IMG/VR virus record: IMGVR_UViG_3300017748_000005
Coordinates: 5,519-69,518 of that record
Source: a virus
Length of the DNA: 64,000 nucleotides
Direction: 5' to 3' (one strand)
The notes under the pieces are model-generated. The model did not search any database and was not told where the DNA came from. It was given only the letters and a program-made list of their open reading frames with translations. The position numbers and the translations under genes were made by a program. Below, in pieces: positions 20,184 through 29,492 of this stretch. The first letter of the stretch is position 1. The number at the start of each line of letters is the position of its first letter.

Positions 20184-21389
20184 TCAAAGTTGTATTCCAT
20201 TTTCTTCAGCGTTACGCCTGCGACGTTCAGCTTCAAGGAGATTGCCAACTATTGATCCAACACCTGCACCGGTAAGTGAACCTTTCAATGCATTTCTGTA
20301 AGACTTTTGTGTGCCAGCACCAACGGCCATACCTGCAATTGATGTTGCTGCAGGGAAGATTGTCGTAGTGACTGGTAGGCTTCGACCCATGAATTGAACT
20401 TCTGGACCATGGATACCTTCATCTGTAGCTCGAATCAATCCACCGCCGATAGCAATATCTCCATCAAACGGGTTGTAGTCTTCTCTTCTGTCATTCATAT
20501 TGATTTTATAGCTCCTATATTCATCCTTCGAAACATCAGGTCTATCCTGTGAGAATTGATCGTATGGCAGCAATCGACCACTTTGACCTAACAGATATTT
20601 CATAGCAACTTCACCCAACATATTGTCTGTCTTCCTAGGATCTGCTTCGCTGGGCATAATGGCTTTATACCCTTCGTTCCCTCCAAAGGGGTTCATCAAA
20701 CCAATTCCTGTATTTATCAAAAGGCCGGCAGGGGCAGCAAGAGCAATTCTTTGTGCTGTATTCAGGTTACGTTTAAAGATATCCCCTGTTTCTCCTTTCG
20801 AATATCCAGGCATCATTCTGATGTTCCCTGAGTTGTCGAGACGAGCCATCTCGTTCTTGATCAAAAAGTCCCTATCTTTAATAGTTGCTTTTCTAGGTCC
20901 ATCTGTTGTTTTTACGCTTACTGGTGATGAGCCGAAAATTTCGAATCCTCTGCCTTTATTTACAGCAGCTTGATTAGACCTACGCAGAGCAGCGTCAGCT
21001 ATTACTTGCCCAGCCGCCTGAGGCGCGTTAAGTAGCCAATAGATTCCACGGGTACCGTCATGAATAATGTCATGTGCAACAGAGCCAGACATTTGACCGA
21101 TAGCAGTTGCACGGTCTGTACTTAACCCCATCCCGGCAGCTTCTCTAGCTTGTACAAACTTAGGATCGGCAATGTTTAATAGCTCGCGAGTTCTATAGCT
21201 GACCGGATGATTCATCATCATTGATTCAAACATCGCCTGCTCTCTTGGGCGATTGGAGGCGTCTAATGCGTCATAACTCGCTTGCTGGATATCCTCTCTA
21301 CCTACACCGATATCTTTCTTGAATCCACTTACAAAACGATCCAGGAATGATGGAACGTTTCCGCCTGCAACCCTTCCAGCTTTACGCAT
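20184..21389 (-). CDS. Hypothetical protein (putative internal virion protein)
   Basis: 401-aa ORF with Gly-zipper C-terminus. Confidence 0.55.
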   Translation of the reverse strand: MRKAGRVAGGNVPSFLDRFVSGFKKDIGVGREDIQQASYDALDASNRPREQAMFESMMMNHPVSYRTRELLNIADPKFVQAREAAGMGLSTDRATAIGQMSGSVAHDIIHDGTRGIYWLLNAPQAAGQVIADAALRRSNQAAVNKGRGFEIFGSSPVSVKTTDGPRKATIKDRDFLIKNEMARLDNSGNIRMMPGYSKGETGDIFKRNLNTAQRIALAAPAGLLINTGIGLMNPFGGNEGYKAIMPSEADPRKTDNMLGEVAMKYLLGQSGRLLPYDQFSQDRPDVSKDEYRSYKINMNDRREDYNPFDGDIAIGGGLIRATDEGIHGPEVQFMGRSLPVTTTIFPAATSIAGMAVGAGTQKSYRNALKGSLTGAGVGSIVGNLLEAERRRRNAEENGIQL

Positions 21390-21916
21390 TACGCCAGCCC
21401 CTGAGATCTCATGAAGTCATCGTGCCGAACCCCTGGCAAGTAACCCAGTGCAGCCAGTGTTTCTTGTTGAATCTGTTGGCGGTATTGCTCTGCCGCTTCG
21501 CCTTCCATACGTTCATAGATGTTTTTTCCACCACCAGCTAATGCACTAACACCTAATGCTGCTTGATGCCCCACCAGATCACCACCGATAGAGCCCAGCA
21601 TGTCACCAGTTAAACCAGCTCCGGGAATCTTGCCAATGCCAGGAATCTTCCTGACAAGTGAGCCTGTGGCCAGACCACCAAAACCACCGCCAGCTGCGGA
21701 ACCTAAAAACATAGCCCCACGATCTATAAACGAAGCTTCTTCAGGGAGCATTCCTGCTGCCATTAGGCCAAACGCTGCATCAGGCAGTAGGGCAAGTGTC
21801 AGTTCTCCTGCACCCATGTTTTCAGGCTTTAAGAAACGACCAACGTTGCCAGCAAAGTTACCGAAGTTTTGTCTTGCCTCTTTGCCTACTAAAGCCTTGA
21901 TTAATGCGCTTCTCAT
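21389..21916 (-). CDS. Glycine-rich hydrophobic protein
   Basis: 175-aa ORF. Confidence 0.55.
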   Translation of the reverse strand: MRSALIKALVGKEARQNFGNFAGNVGRFLKPENMGAGELTLALLPDAAFGLMAAGMLPEEASFIDRGAMFLGSAAGGGFGGLATGSLVRKIPGIGKIPGAGLTGDMLGSIGGDLVGHQAALGVSALAGGGKNIYERMEGEAAEQYRQQIQQETLAALGYLPGVRHDDFMRSQGLA

Positions 21917-22203
21917 TAGATCATGCCCATCTGTGCTTTTTGTATTTTAGCTTGTTCAAACTGTGAACCTTCGTTCGACATACCAAAGAGTCCCATCCAG
22001 TTATCTGTTCTTTGTTTCTCCAGAGGATTCGTCATAAGTTCTTGTGCACGTTCACCTGCTTGCCCAGCCATACGACGGGTACTATTACGCTGTAAACCTT
22101 CAGGGTTGCGGAACTCGGTAGGTGTTTCCTTTAGTTCCGATTGACGTTGGTTGCCAGCTTGGATCTCGCCTCGTGTAATATCTATTCCTGAAGCTGACAT
22201 CAC
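21916..22203 (-). CDS. Hypothetical protein
   Basis: 95-aa ORF, coupled on both sides. Confidence 0.5.
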   Translation of the reverse strand: MMSASGIDITRGEIQAGNQRQSELKETPTEFRNPEGLQRNSTRRMAGQAGERAQELMTNPLEKQRTDNWMGLFGMSNEGSQFEQAKIQKAQMGMI

Positions 22204-24278
22204 ATACCTCTCAAACGACGAATTTTTGAAGTGAAGCTGTTAATTTCTTCTTCTTCTTTAGCAATGTTGCGGTTATACCGCTCTCTAGCTATTTTACTCT
22301 GGTAAGCGTCACCACTTTGAGTAGGACCAGTGGGCGCAGCTTGGGGTTGAATTGCCCCTCCCATACGACCGGGTTCAGCAGGCGGCTGGCCTTGACGAGT
22401 ACGGATGTTTAGTGCTTTCTCGTTACGAGCTTTGTTGTCACGAGTTGCACGCTCATTTACTAACTGGGCCTTTATGGTCTTTCCCTTCAACCCAGCTTCA
22501 TCAATCAATCCTTCTGCACGACGATCAACCCGCATTGGGCTAATCAGTGCACCTTCCTTGCGCATTGCTCGCTGAGCCTTGTTCCTTGCAAAACCCATCT
22601 CCTTCTCACGAAGTGCTGCAGGTATCTCCTCTGTTGATAGGCCACCGGCACTCTTAGGCACATAGCGGTTGATACGGGGTGGCTGCCCTTCGACCTGACC
22701 GATGAATGGCTGTCGAGCACCGGGCTCACTCAGTTGACGGAAGGCTGCTTTGATATCAGTCTTTTCTTTGCCCTCACCAACGGTCTGACCACCACGGATA
22801 CGAGCAACTTGTGCTTCTCCGTCACGGGGGTTGATCGCTTCAGCTGCACTAAAGATGATGTTGTCTTTAGGTCCGGGTGCAACAGCTCCACGTCCGAAGT
22901 ATGTGTTCTTAGAGTTCTGGTTGATCTGTGTCGCTTTAGCAACCTCAGCTTGATACAGCATGTTGGCAAATTGACCAGCTTCAGCCGGTGTATAGCGGAG
23001 GTAGTTCATGACCTCGCCTGCACCAACTTGTGCTGCCGGTACTGCGCTCTTTTTCATCAAAATGCGACCGTCAGGCTGTTGTTGCTGCTCCATCCGGTAC
23101 ATCTGCGTGCCTTGCTGGGCGGCGGCTCCAGACAACATATTGATTGCACCTTGGAACTCTTCAACAGTCCGTAGATTTCCAGGAACCCTCGAAGGATCGA
23201 TCAGTCCACTTTGTGCAACACGCTGGGCGAAGAGTGTGGATGCTCCAGTCATGTCTGTCTGATTGAAGTCTCCAAATACTCGACCACCTTCTTTGAAGTC
23301 TGGGAGTTGTTTTACAACGTAGTTAATTGCACTCTCTTTCTGCGGTGCGTTCAGCATGTTTGCGGTATCAGAGGCGTTAACGCCAGCCATGGCTCTTTCG
23401 GGGCCTTGGATTGCCAATGGATTACCATCTGCACCCATATAAGTACCAGTCCGAGGATCAAGCATCGCTGTCTGCCTGACTTCTTGATTTGCAGCACCAA
23501 TACGACGCATTACCTCGTCTGCAATGGCACCTTTGCCACCAACTGTGAAATCACGACGTGCAATCTCCTCAGCTTCAATAGCTCCTTTTACATCGTTGTA
23601 TCCAACACGTAGTGGATTGCGATTTGCGGCTTCGCGCATGACAATATCGCGTGCCATTGATGCATCAGCATCTCTTTGAATTCTTCCACCTAAACTTTGC
23701 TCTAATGCACCAGCTACAGCGGCTGCGCCGGGCGCGGTGTTTTTAGATGCTTCCAATCTTGCTAGGGCATCGGCCACACCAGCGGTTCCTAGGGATGGAC
23801 GATTCCTCGCATCGCCACGTCTGATCAGTTCTTCGTTGAACATCTGACTTTCGGGGATCAGACCGTACATCACCGCTTCATCGCGGCTATAAGTTTGAAT
23901 ATCATCTTGCATCGAGCCGAAGGGGTCAACTTCGGGCTGTTCACGTAAGGCAATTCCAGCAAGTTCAGCAGATCCAACTTCAGCAAGAGACTTCTGTGTT
24001 TGCGCCATCTGACGCATCACATCTTCTTCGGTAATAGTGGAATCAGTCCGCTTTTGACGACGTGTTTCCTGAGAAATTAGCTTGAGAGTTTTTTCATGGT
24101 CTAATCCAAGCGTTTCAAAAGCAGCCAGAGCCATTGCTCCATCAAGTAATTCCTTATTCCGCTGTCTTTTAATGTCTGCGGCGATTTGACTAGGATTATT
24201 ACTCGGTGAAACACTGGCTGAATCACTTATGATGCGATTATGCAGCAGTTGCTTACTTTCAAGTGGATTGTTAAACAC
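22200..24278 (-). CDS. Large Ala/Gln/Arg-rich protein (putative internal virion protein)
   Basis: 692-aa ORF without Cys or Trp; TACAAT 26 nt upstream. Confidence 0.6.
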   Translation of the reverse strand: MFNNPLESKQLLHNRIISDSASVSPSNNPSQIAADIKRQRNKELLDGAMALAAFETLGLDHEKTLKLISQETRRQKRTDSTITEEDVMRQMAQTQKSLAEVGSAELAGIALREQPEVDPFGSMQDDIQTYSRDEAVMYGLIPESQMFNEELIRRGDARNRPSLGTAGVADALARLEASKNTAPGAAAVAGALEQSLGGRIQRDADASMARDIVMREAANRNPLRVGYNDVKGAIEAEEIARRDFTVGGKGAIADEVMRRIGAANQEVRQTAMLDPRTGTYMGADGNPLAIQGPERAMAGVNASDTANMLNAPQKESAINYVVKQLPDFKEGGRVFGDFNQTDMTGASTLFAQRVAQSGLIDPSRVPGNLRTVEEFQGAINMLSGAAAQQGTQMYRMEQQQQPDGRILMKKSAVPAAQVGAGEVMNYLRYTPAEAGQFANMLYQAEVAKATQINQNSKNTYFGRGAVAPGPKDNIIFSAAEAINPRDGEAQVARIRGGQTVGEGKEKTDIKAAFRQLSEPGARQPFIGQVEGQPPRINRYVPKSAGGLSTEEIPAALREKEMGFARNKAQRAMRKEGALISPMRVDRRAEGLIDEAGLKGKTIKAQLVNERATRDNKARNEKALNIRTRQGQPPAEPGRMGGAIQPQAAPTGPTQSGDAYQSKIARERYNRNIAKEEEEINSFTSKIRRLRGM

Positions 24279-24322
24279 TATCTTGCCTTATAAACCTACT
24301 ATTTATTGTAGTAAGTTCTAGA

Positions 24323-25657
24323 TCACCTATTTCTAAAGTAAGGTGTCAGATTCCTGTTTTTCTCATCCATAATATCGTAATTAGGTCCACCACCTTCAGG
24401 GGCAGTAGTGTTATACAGCTTCTCAGGATTGAGTTCATTGCCAGCAATGATTGATTCGCCCAGTTGTTGATATTGCTCAAACTGAGACAACTCACTCTTT
24501 GTAGGATCGATGGATTCAGGGTCACCAGTTTCAATCACCTTCTCAATTGCTTTTTCTGGTACTCCAACTAAGTGGTTATCCAGCAGTGTTTGAGCATCGA
24601 TTGCGCCAGAGGCACGCATACGCGCACCTTCCTTGGTGACTTCTTGATATTTATCGTCTTGATCCATTGCATACATCTTGCCTTCAGCTCTCATTAAGCC
24701 TTGGGTAGCTTCAGCTGCACGAAGAGCGCCCATTGCTCCACCAGGACCGTCATAATCTAGGAATGCACGGGATCTTGCAGACAATCCGCTCAACTTGTTC
24801 TCACCTAACTCAGCACCACTGCCAATCGGGGCTTGAGATGCTTCCATTGCACTAACCATCTCTTGATTAACAAAAGATTCCATGTCAACGGGCATCGTGA
24901 AGGAGCTACCTTCCTTAGAAAATTCTGTTTTCAGCTTTGATTGCACATCTTTATCGTAGATTTTTGGAAATCCACCTGTCATATCAATATCATCTGCTGT
25001 AATTGCGCCAGGATTTAGTGCAATCTGCCCATAATGCGCATATGAGCCGGGAAGTGGCGCAGTATTGAAAGGATTTTGCACTTGAATCCCAGCATCTTGC
25101 ATGAATTTGCTTAGATATTTGTCTGAGTCGTAAGCACCAGACAATGATCCTCCGGCAAGTCCAGTAATTGTTCCCTTTGCCTTCAATTTATTTGGATCAT
25201 TGGGGGCAGGTGCTTCCCTCATCAGTGATGATAGGTCTGCGTCTCCCCAACCTTTATTTTCAGTTAAATTTTGCCTTACATCCTTATAACCATTGTTGTC
25301 AGTCGTACGTTGAGACCCAGCTTTTCTTTGGTAAATAACGTCATCACCAGACTGCATCGGATAGTACTTCTGTGATCCAACTGTTATCGCAGCAGGTGAA
25401 AAATTGGTTTCATCTTCAAACCCATCAATATTTGCTCTTGCTACGCCACCTGGATTCTTGAACTCAACTTGGCCACCTCTTTTCTGCATATAGAGGTCTC
25501 CAACCCTGACACCTCTGTCATTAATTGCATTTCTATGAACAGATTTACTCGCTACATCACTAGGAGAACCATACCTCTGATATTCACGAACTGCCCTGCG
25601 ATATGCCTCAACTCCTCCACGCCCTTTTCCGTAATCCTCTCTCTTAGGTGCTGACAT
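24323..25657 (-). CDS. Hypothetical protein
   Basis: 444-aa ORF; TAGAAT 24 nt upstream. Confidence 0.6.
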   Translation of the reverse strand: MSAPKREDYGKGRGGVEAYRRAVREYQRYGSPSDVASKSVHRNAINDRGVRVGDLYMQKRGGQVEFKNPGGVARANIDGFEDETNFSPAAITVGSQKYYPMQSGDDVIYQRKAGSQRTTDNNGYKDVRQNLTENKGWGDADLSSLMREAPAPNDPNKLKAKGTITGLAGGSLSGAYDSDKYLSKFMQDAGIQVQNPFNTAPLPGSYAHYGQIALNPGAITADDIDMTGGFPKIYDKDVQSKLKTEFSKEGSSFTMPVDMESFVNQEMVSAMEASQAPIGSGAELGENKLSGLSARSRAFLDYDGPGGAMGALRAAEATQGLMRAEGKMYAMDQDDKYQEVTKEGARMRASGAIDAQTLLDNHLVGVPEKAIEKVIETGDPESIDPTKSELSQFEQYQQLGESIIAGNELNPEKLYNTTAPEGGGPNYDIMDEKNRNLTPYFRNR

Positions 25658-25708
25658 TGTATTTACACAGTTGATATTAATATTCTACAAATCTCAAACA
25701 GCTTATTT

Positions 25709-26167
25709 TTACAAGGTGGTTAATGGTCTAGTCATCTTTGTCTGCTGTTGTTTGAGTTGATTAACTTGTTCTTGTGCAACGGCTGCTTGCATAGAGTTAC
25801 GCTTACGCATAACAGCTGCCTTGGCTTGAGATTGACCAAGCACGGCTTCATCCTTACGGTTATTGACCTCTGCTGTAATTGCGGCATTACCTCCACCTTC
25901 TGGCGGGGATGTAGGGAGGTTTTCTGGCTCAGGCACGGCGTTCGGTGGCATACCATCGTTCACTAAGTCAGGAATATTGGTTCCGTCCTGTATAAAGCCC
26001 GCTGGCATCAGGCATTTACCGATAGTTTCGTTGTATGTCCAACCTGGGCCGTGACTTTCGTAGCACATCATCTTATCGATACGCTTTTTACGCTCTCTTT
26101 TAATATCCTGCTTTAGAGCAAACTCTCCGGCCATTCCTTGGGGATAATATGTCCTTCCTGTGTCCAT
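25709..26167 (-). CDS. Hypothetical protein
   Basis: 152-aa ORF, first gene of the minus-strand block. Confidence 0.55.
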   Translation of the reverse strand: MDTGRTYYPQGMAGEFALKQDIKRERKKRIDKMMCYESHGPGWTYNETIGKCLMPAGFIQDGTNIPDLVNDGMPPNAVPEPENLPTSPPEGGGNAAITAEVNNRKDEAVLGQSQAKAAVMRKRNSMQAAVAQEQVNQLKQQQTKMTRPLTTL

Positions 26168-26202
26168 TTCTATGAATGCAGTTGCTCTTACTATCTTACA
26201 AA

Positions 26203-26317
26203 CTACAAAACTACGCTAACTACGCTGTACAGTATATACCCAATTCAAAAAATACTACTAGAGAGTGAATTACGAAATAGGTATATAGAAAACGCTGTAG
26301 TTTGTGTAGCAACGTAG
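26203..26317. repeat. CTAC-triplet inverted-repeat element, copy 2
   Basis: ctacaaaactacgctaactac (26203-26223) ... gtagtttgtgtagcaacgtag (26297-26317). Confidence 0.85.
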
Positions 26318-26319
26318 TT

Positions 26320-27210
26320 TTAGTTCATAAGCACGGTTGATTCCGTGTTTGACTCCAAATTCTTATGTCTAACTTTAGAAACCTCCCGTGTTTCGGACTT
26401 TCAGTGGCAGCCTAAGTATGTATTGTTACTTAATAAGTAAACAAATAATATGAAAGGCCCTATAGGAGGTCAAAAGTTTGAAATAATATTTTTTACCACA
26501 TACGTTTATTTTTATGTTCAACTTTTCTGTGTGGGAAACCGTTTAGGGTACTTAAAACGCTATAGAACCTGGAAAATGGTACGCCGCGCTGAGTACGTCT
26601 AATACCCTTAGTTCCCCGACTGCCGGTGGAACAAAAAAAATAAACTAGCCTGTCGTTGGCCATAACTATTGGTGTTACCTGAAGTGATAACCTAAGTGAT
26701 CGCTGTAGTTAACCCAAGCTTGTTATCCAACGACCACCCGACGTTACACAAGTTACTTCTTCTGTTAATCCTTAAGGTTTAACCTTCGTTGTTAACAGAT
26801 GTTAATGATACTTGTGTTCGTACGTCGGGCTCACATCTGTCACAACATAAGAGTTACTTAAGCTCCTCTGCCTTTAGGTTACTCGTGTTAACTGTTGTGC
26901 AATGTCTTTTATATACCGTGACTGACAGTCACCACAGTGTCCGCGCCAAGGTACTTAGCTCGGTACCCCTGTCGGTATATGTTTTGTCCACCCCCCTGGT
27001 TGCAGTTGCGGGTACTTGTATTGCTCACCCTATCCTTACATTGTTTTAACCTTTCACCCCCAATCAGTCTGCGTATCTATCCTCCGTCAATCTACTGCGT
27101 TCTGTTGTTACTGCGGTAGATGTGCGGTAGGTCTGCGGTAATACTGCGGGTATACGGTAGTGATAAAGGAGGGGGGTAGGTATATATAAATAAGCAGGAG
27201 GCTTAAATAC
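26320..27210. other. Non-coding strand-switch region, candidate genome end or packaging region
   Basis: About 0.9 kb without a credible gene between divergent late and early blocks; GTTA cluster, C/G runs. Confidence 0.5.
27112..27160 (+). repeat. Phased TGCGG(TA) direct repeats
   Basis: TGCGG at 27112, 27123, 27134, 27145 (11-bp period) plus degenerate tacggtag. Confidence 0.75.
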
Positions 27211-27215
27211 CTATA

Positions 27216-27228
27216 CAGGCTACGCCTG
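27216..27228 (+). promoter_or_regulatory. Early hairpin element (variant)
   Basis: caggc-TAC-gcctg. Confidence 0.5.
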
Positions 27229-27256
27229 GCCCCCCGGTTTTCACGTATAACCACTC

Positions 27257-27272
27257 GCAGGCTAACGCCTGC
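27257..27272 (+). promoter_or_regulatory. Early TAAC hairpin element
   Basis: gcaggc-TAAC-gcctgc; AGT 15 nt and ATG 37 nt after loop. Confidence 0.75.
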
Positions 27273-27303
27273 TCTTCAATGAGTAAATCTATTTACTCTA
27301 AAC

Positions 27304-27462
27304 ATGCTTTCATTAGTAATGGCTACTGCCTTCGGCGTCTGTGCTGGCCGCTTTGTTCGTGAGTATCAAGAACTCAAGCACGCACAAGCACGCCTTGCCG
27401 AAGTCAAAGCACAGATGGATATGACCAAACCTGGATCATACCTTGAGTGGATCTCTAAATAA
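27304..27462 (+). CDS. Small early protein (52 aa)
   Basis: MLSLVMATAFGVCAGRFVREYQELK...EWISK, read manually between hairpins. Confidence 0.6.
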   Translation: MLSLVMATAFGVCAGRFVREYQELKHAQARLAEVKAQMDMTKPGSYLEWISK

Positions 27463-27471
27463 CAGCCATGG

Positions 27472-27487
27472 TCCGGTGAACACCGGA
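27472..27487 (+). promoter_or_regulatory. Early hairpin element (variant loop)
   Basis: tccggt-GAAC-accgga; AGT 15 nt and ATG 37 nt after loop. Confidence 0.7.
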
Positions 27488-27518
27488 TCTTCTTTTAGTG
27501 TTCTTTGAATTAACAGCC

Positions 27519-27668
27519 ATGAAAATTCTTGCTGTAAACGATAACGTCACCTACTTCTTAAACGATGATGGTGACTATCGTGCCTACATCGAATGTACTC
27601 AGGAAATCTTTCCTATCGTGCTTGGTCCAATCACTAACGAACTCATTGAGTTTGATTGTCCTTTCTGA
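27519..27668 (+). CDS. Small early protein (49 aa)
   Basis: MKILAVNDNVTYFL...IEFDCPF, read manually. Confidence 0.6.
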   Translation: MKILAVNDNVTYFLNDDGDYRAYIECTQEIFPIVLGPITNELIEFDCPF

Positions 27669-27679
27669 ACACACTTAAG

Positions 27680-27695
27680 GCCGTCTATCGACGGC
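27680..27695 (+). promoter_or_regulatory. Early hairpin element (variant loop)
   Basis: gccgtc-TATC-gacggc; ATG 38 nt after loop. Confidence 0.7.
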
Positions 27696-27727
27696 TTTCT
27701 TCTTTAGTGTTCTTTATATCTTTGACT

Positions 27728-27901
27728 ATGTTTACTTGTCAGTACTGGAATGAGCGTGATGCTCAGTGGAAACCCTGTGGTGTTTCCTCACCAGACCTCA
27801 ACGTTGTACGTCAACGTCAGTTTCAAATGATCAAGCAAACGAGAGCCAGTGGTGCTGGCATTCGTTTCAGAGTGATTCACTCAACTTCAACAGCTGGCTA
27901 A
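27728..27901 (+). CDS. Small early protein (57 aa)
   Basis: MFTCQYWNERDAQWKPCG...STAG; stop codon is the TAA of the next hairpin loop. Confidence 0.6.
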   Translation: MFTCQYWNERDAQWKPCGVSSPDLNVVRQRQFQMIKQTRASGAGIRFRVIHSTSTAG

Positions 27902-27909
27902 CGCCAGCT
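27892..27909 (+). promoter_or_regulatory. Early TAAC hairpin element
   Basis: agctggc-TAAC-gccagct; AGT 15 nt after loop. Confidence 0.75.
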
Positions 27910-27938
27910 TTGTAATTAGTAAATTTAATCTAATTACC

Positions 27939-28088
27939 TTGGTAGTTACCTATCACGTCTTCCACGAAGACAAGCAGCAAGCCACTGAAATGTTCTTCTC
28001 AGAACAAGCAGCTATGGCTTACATCAAAACCTTTGAAGACGCACACAAGTACGACTTCTTTGAGGTTGAAGAAGAGCTGCCTTTTTAA
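27939..28088 (+). CDS. Small early protein (49 aa, TTG start)
   Basis: MVVTYHVFHEDKQQATEMFF...EVEEELPF, read manually. Confidence 0.55.
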   Translation: MVVTYHVFHEDKQQATEMFFSEQAAMAYIKTFEDAHKYDFFEVEEELPF

Positions 28089-28097
28089 CAGCCATAC

Positions 28098-28115
28098 CCC
28101 CGGCTAACGCCGGGG
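28098..28115 (+). promoter_or_regulatory. Early TAAC hairpin element
   Basis: ccccggc-TAAC-gccgggg; AGT 15 nt, ATG 34 nt after loop. Confidence 0.75.
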
Positions 28116-28142
28116 TTTTCTTTAGTACACTTAAATACAATC

Positions 28143-28271
28143 ATGTTCACTATTACTTACTCTGCTCCTTACTCCGGAGCAGTACGTACACAATCATTCG
28201 CTACTCGTGCAGAAGCACAGCGGATGATTGACTTCTACGCATCATGTGGCACTAAAGCCACATTTGCATGA
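28143..28271 (+). CDS. Small early protein (42 aa)
   Basis: MFTITYSAPYSGAVRTQSFATRAEAQRMIDFYASCGTKATFA. Confidence 0.6.
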   Translation: MFTITYSAPYSGAVRTQSFATRAEAQRMIDFYASCGTKATFA

Positions 28272-28274
28272 TCC

Positions 28275-28298
28275 AAGATCTGGCTAACGCCAGGTCTT
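28275..28298 (+). promoter_or_regulatory. Early TAAC hairpin element
   Basis: aagatctggc-TAAC-gccaggtctt; AGT 15 nt, ATG 33 nt after loop. Confidence 0.75.
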
Positions 28299-28321
28299 TT
28301 CATAGTAACTTTATTAATACT

Positions 28322-28510
28322 ATGACTTATTCAAATCCTTACGTTCAACAAATCTGCGACCAAGAAGGTTGCACTCGTTGGGACGTTAGCGCAAACATGC
28401 GCAACTCAACACCTAAGAAACGTGAGTTTCCACTTACGATTCACGGTGTGACTTTCCATACGAAGAAAGAGTATGAGAATGCTCTCCATGAATTCTTAAA
28501 TGGTAATTAA
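28322..28510 (+). CDS. Small early protein (62 aa)
   Basis: MTYSNPYVQQ...EFLNGN; start reassigned to the ATG after the hairpin. Confidence 0.6.
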   Translation: MTYSNPYVQQICDQEGCTRWDVSANMRNSTPKKREFPLTIHGVTFHTKKEYENALHEFLNGN

Positions 28511-28511
28511 G

Positions 28512-28577
28512 ATGCCTGGATTCTTCGTCTCACTAATCCTTTTTAGTTTAGTTCTCGTTATTATCTTATTGAAATAA
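28512..28577 (+). CDS. 21-aa hydrophobic micropeptide
   Basis: MPGFFVSLILFSLVLVIILLK fills the gap before the next hairpin. Confidence 0.4.
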   Translation: MPGFFVSLILFSLVLVIILLK

Positions 28578-28580
28578 CAA

Positions 28581-28604
28581 CATAACAGGCTAACGCCTGT
28601 TGTG
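28581..28604 (+). promoter_or_regulatory. Early TAAC hairpin element
   Basis: cataacaggc-TAAC-gcctgttgtg; ATG 38 nt after loop. Confidence 0.75.
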
Positions 28605-28632
28605 TATTTCATTGCTTATATAAATATTATCA

Positions 28633-28866
28633 ATGACTACTCTTGAACGCGAAGAACTCCGCGAACTTTATCCATTCATCCCAGGTCAATGTCGAATCTG
28701 GTGTCGCTCCCGTCAGGGTGACGATCGCTACTGGTTCCACATGACCTATCCCGCTAGTGGTCACCACGATTGTCTCAAGCGTGTGGCTCACTATCAAGAA
28801 GAATGGGCAAACTTCTACGAGTACCGGATTACAGCGGACTTTGACCTCTGTAATCCACTGGTCTGA
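28633..28866 (+). CDS. Small early protein
   Basis: 77-aa ORF after hairpin. Confidence 0.6.
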   Translation: MTTLEREELRELYPFIPGQCRIWCRSRQGDDRYWFHMTYPASGHHDCLKRVAHYQEEWANFYEYRITADFDLCNPLV

Positions 28867-29057
28867 TGTTGAACAGTAAAGCTCATTATGTCTCACTGTT
28901 CGCCGATATCCTCGGTGAAGCAAGTGATGACGACTGTGAAAACCATGAAATGCTTATTGAAGCGTTTCAAGAAGCGATTGATACTTGGCTGACATATCAT
29001 TCAGCCTCCGTACAGCGCTTCAAAGAACTCAAGACAATGTCTGACAACATTGTCTAA
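28866..29057 (+). CDS. Small acidic early protein
   Basis: 63-aa ORF, TGATG coupling. Confidence 0.6.
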   Translation: MLNSKAHYVSLFADILGEASDDDCENHEMLIEAFQEAIDTWLTYHSASVQRFKELKTMSDNIV

Positions 29058-29062
29058 ACCTT

Positions 29063-29084
29063 GGGGCTGGCTTACACCAGTCCC
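29063..29084 (+). promoter_or_regulatory. Early hairpin element (variant loop)
   Basis: ggggctgg-cTTACa-ccagtccc then T6; ATG 35 nt after loop. Confidence 0.65.
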
Positions 29085-29110
29085 TTTTTTAAATCTTCTC
29101 GCACTATCTG

Positions 29111-29302
29111 ATGGACGACATCATCTATCGACTTCAAAGTGTTTACAAAAATGGGGACACAGTTGTGAACTACGTTTCTGCAACTGATGTTCAGAAAGCT
29201 ATAGACAAAGTCTTAGCTTATGACCCCAAGATCATTCGAGTTACCGAGGCTTTGCCCTCAGGTCTCGAAATCAAATCACTAAACAACAATTCAACAGGCT
29301 AA
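29111..29302 (+). CDS. Small early protein
   Basis: 63-aa ORF; stop is the TAA in the next hairpin loop. Confidence 0.6.
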   Translation: MDDIIYRLQSVYKNGDTVVNYVSATDVQKAIDKVLAYDPKIIRVTEALPSGLEIKSLNNNSTG

Positions 29303-29310
29303 CGCCTGTT
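29293..29310 (+). promoter_or_regulatory. Early TAAC hairpin element
   Basis: aacaggc-TAAC-gcctgtt. Confidence 0.75.
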
Positions 29311-29336
29311 CTTTGTTCATTGTTATGTCTAATTCA

Positions 29337-29492
29337 ATGAACAACCTCACTTCCATCTCCGATGCCCTCGTCGAGATCGAAATCCTCTCGTGGCTTGAGG
29401 AACAAGCAGCTCGTGTCGCTTTCGACAACGAAGCTTGGCTTCAAGAACAAGATGAAGAGTTCACCGAGTCCTTCACATCACGCTTTAGCTGA
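29337..29492 (+). CDS. Small acidic early protein (51 aa)
   Basis: MNNLTSISDALVEIEILSWLEEQ...TSRFS; TGATG coupling to next gene. Confidence 0.55.
   Translation: MNNLTSISDALVEIEILSWLEEQAARVAFDNEAWLQEQDEEFTESFTSRFS

Noticed and set aside
26789-27119. ORFs 26789-27049 and 26937-27119
   Set aside because: Non-ATG starts, atypical composition, overlapping each other in a repeat-rich region.
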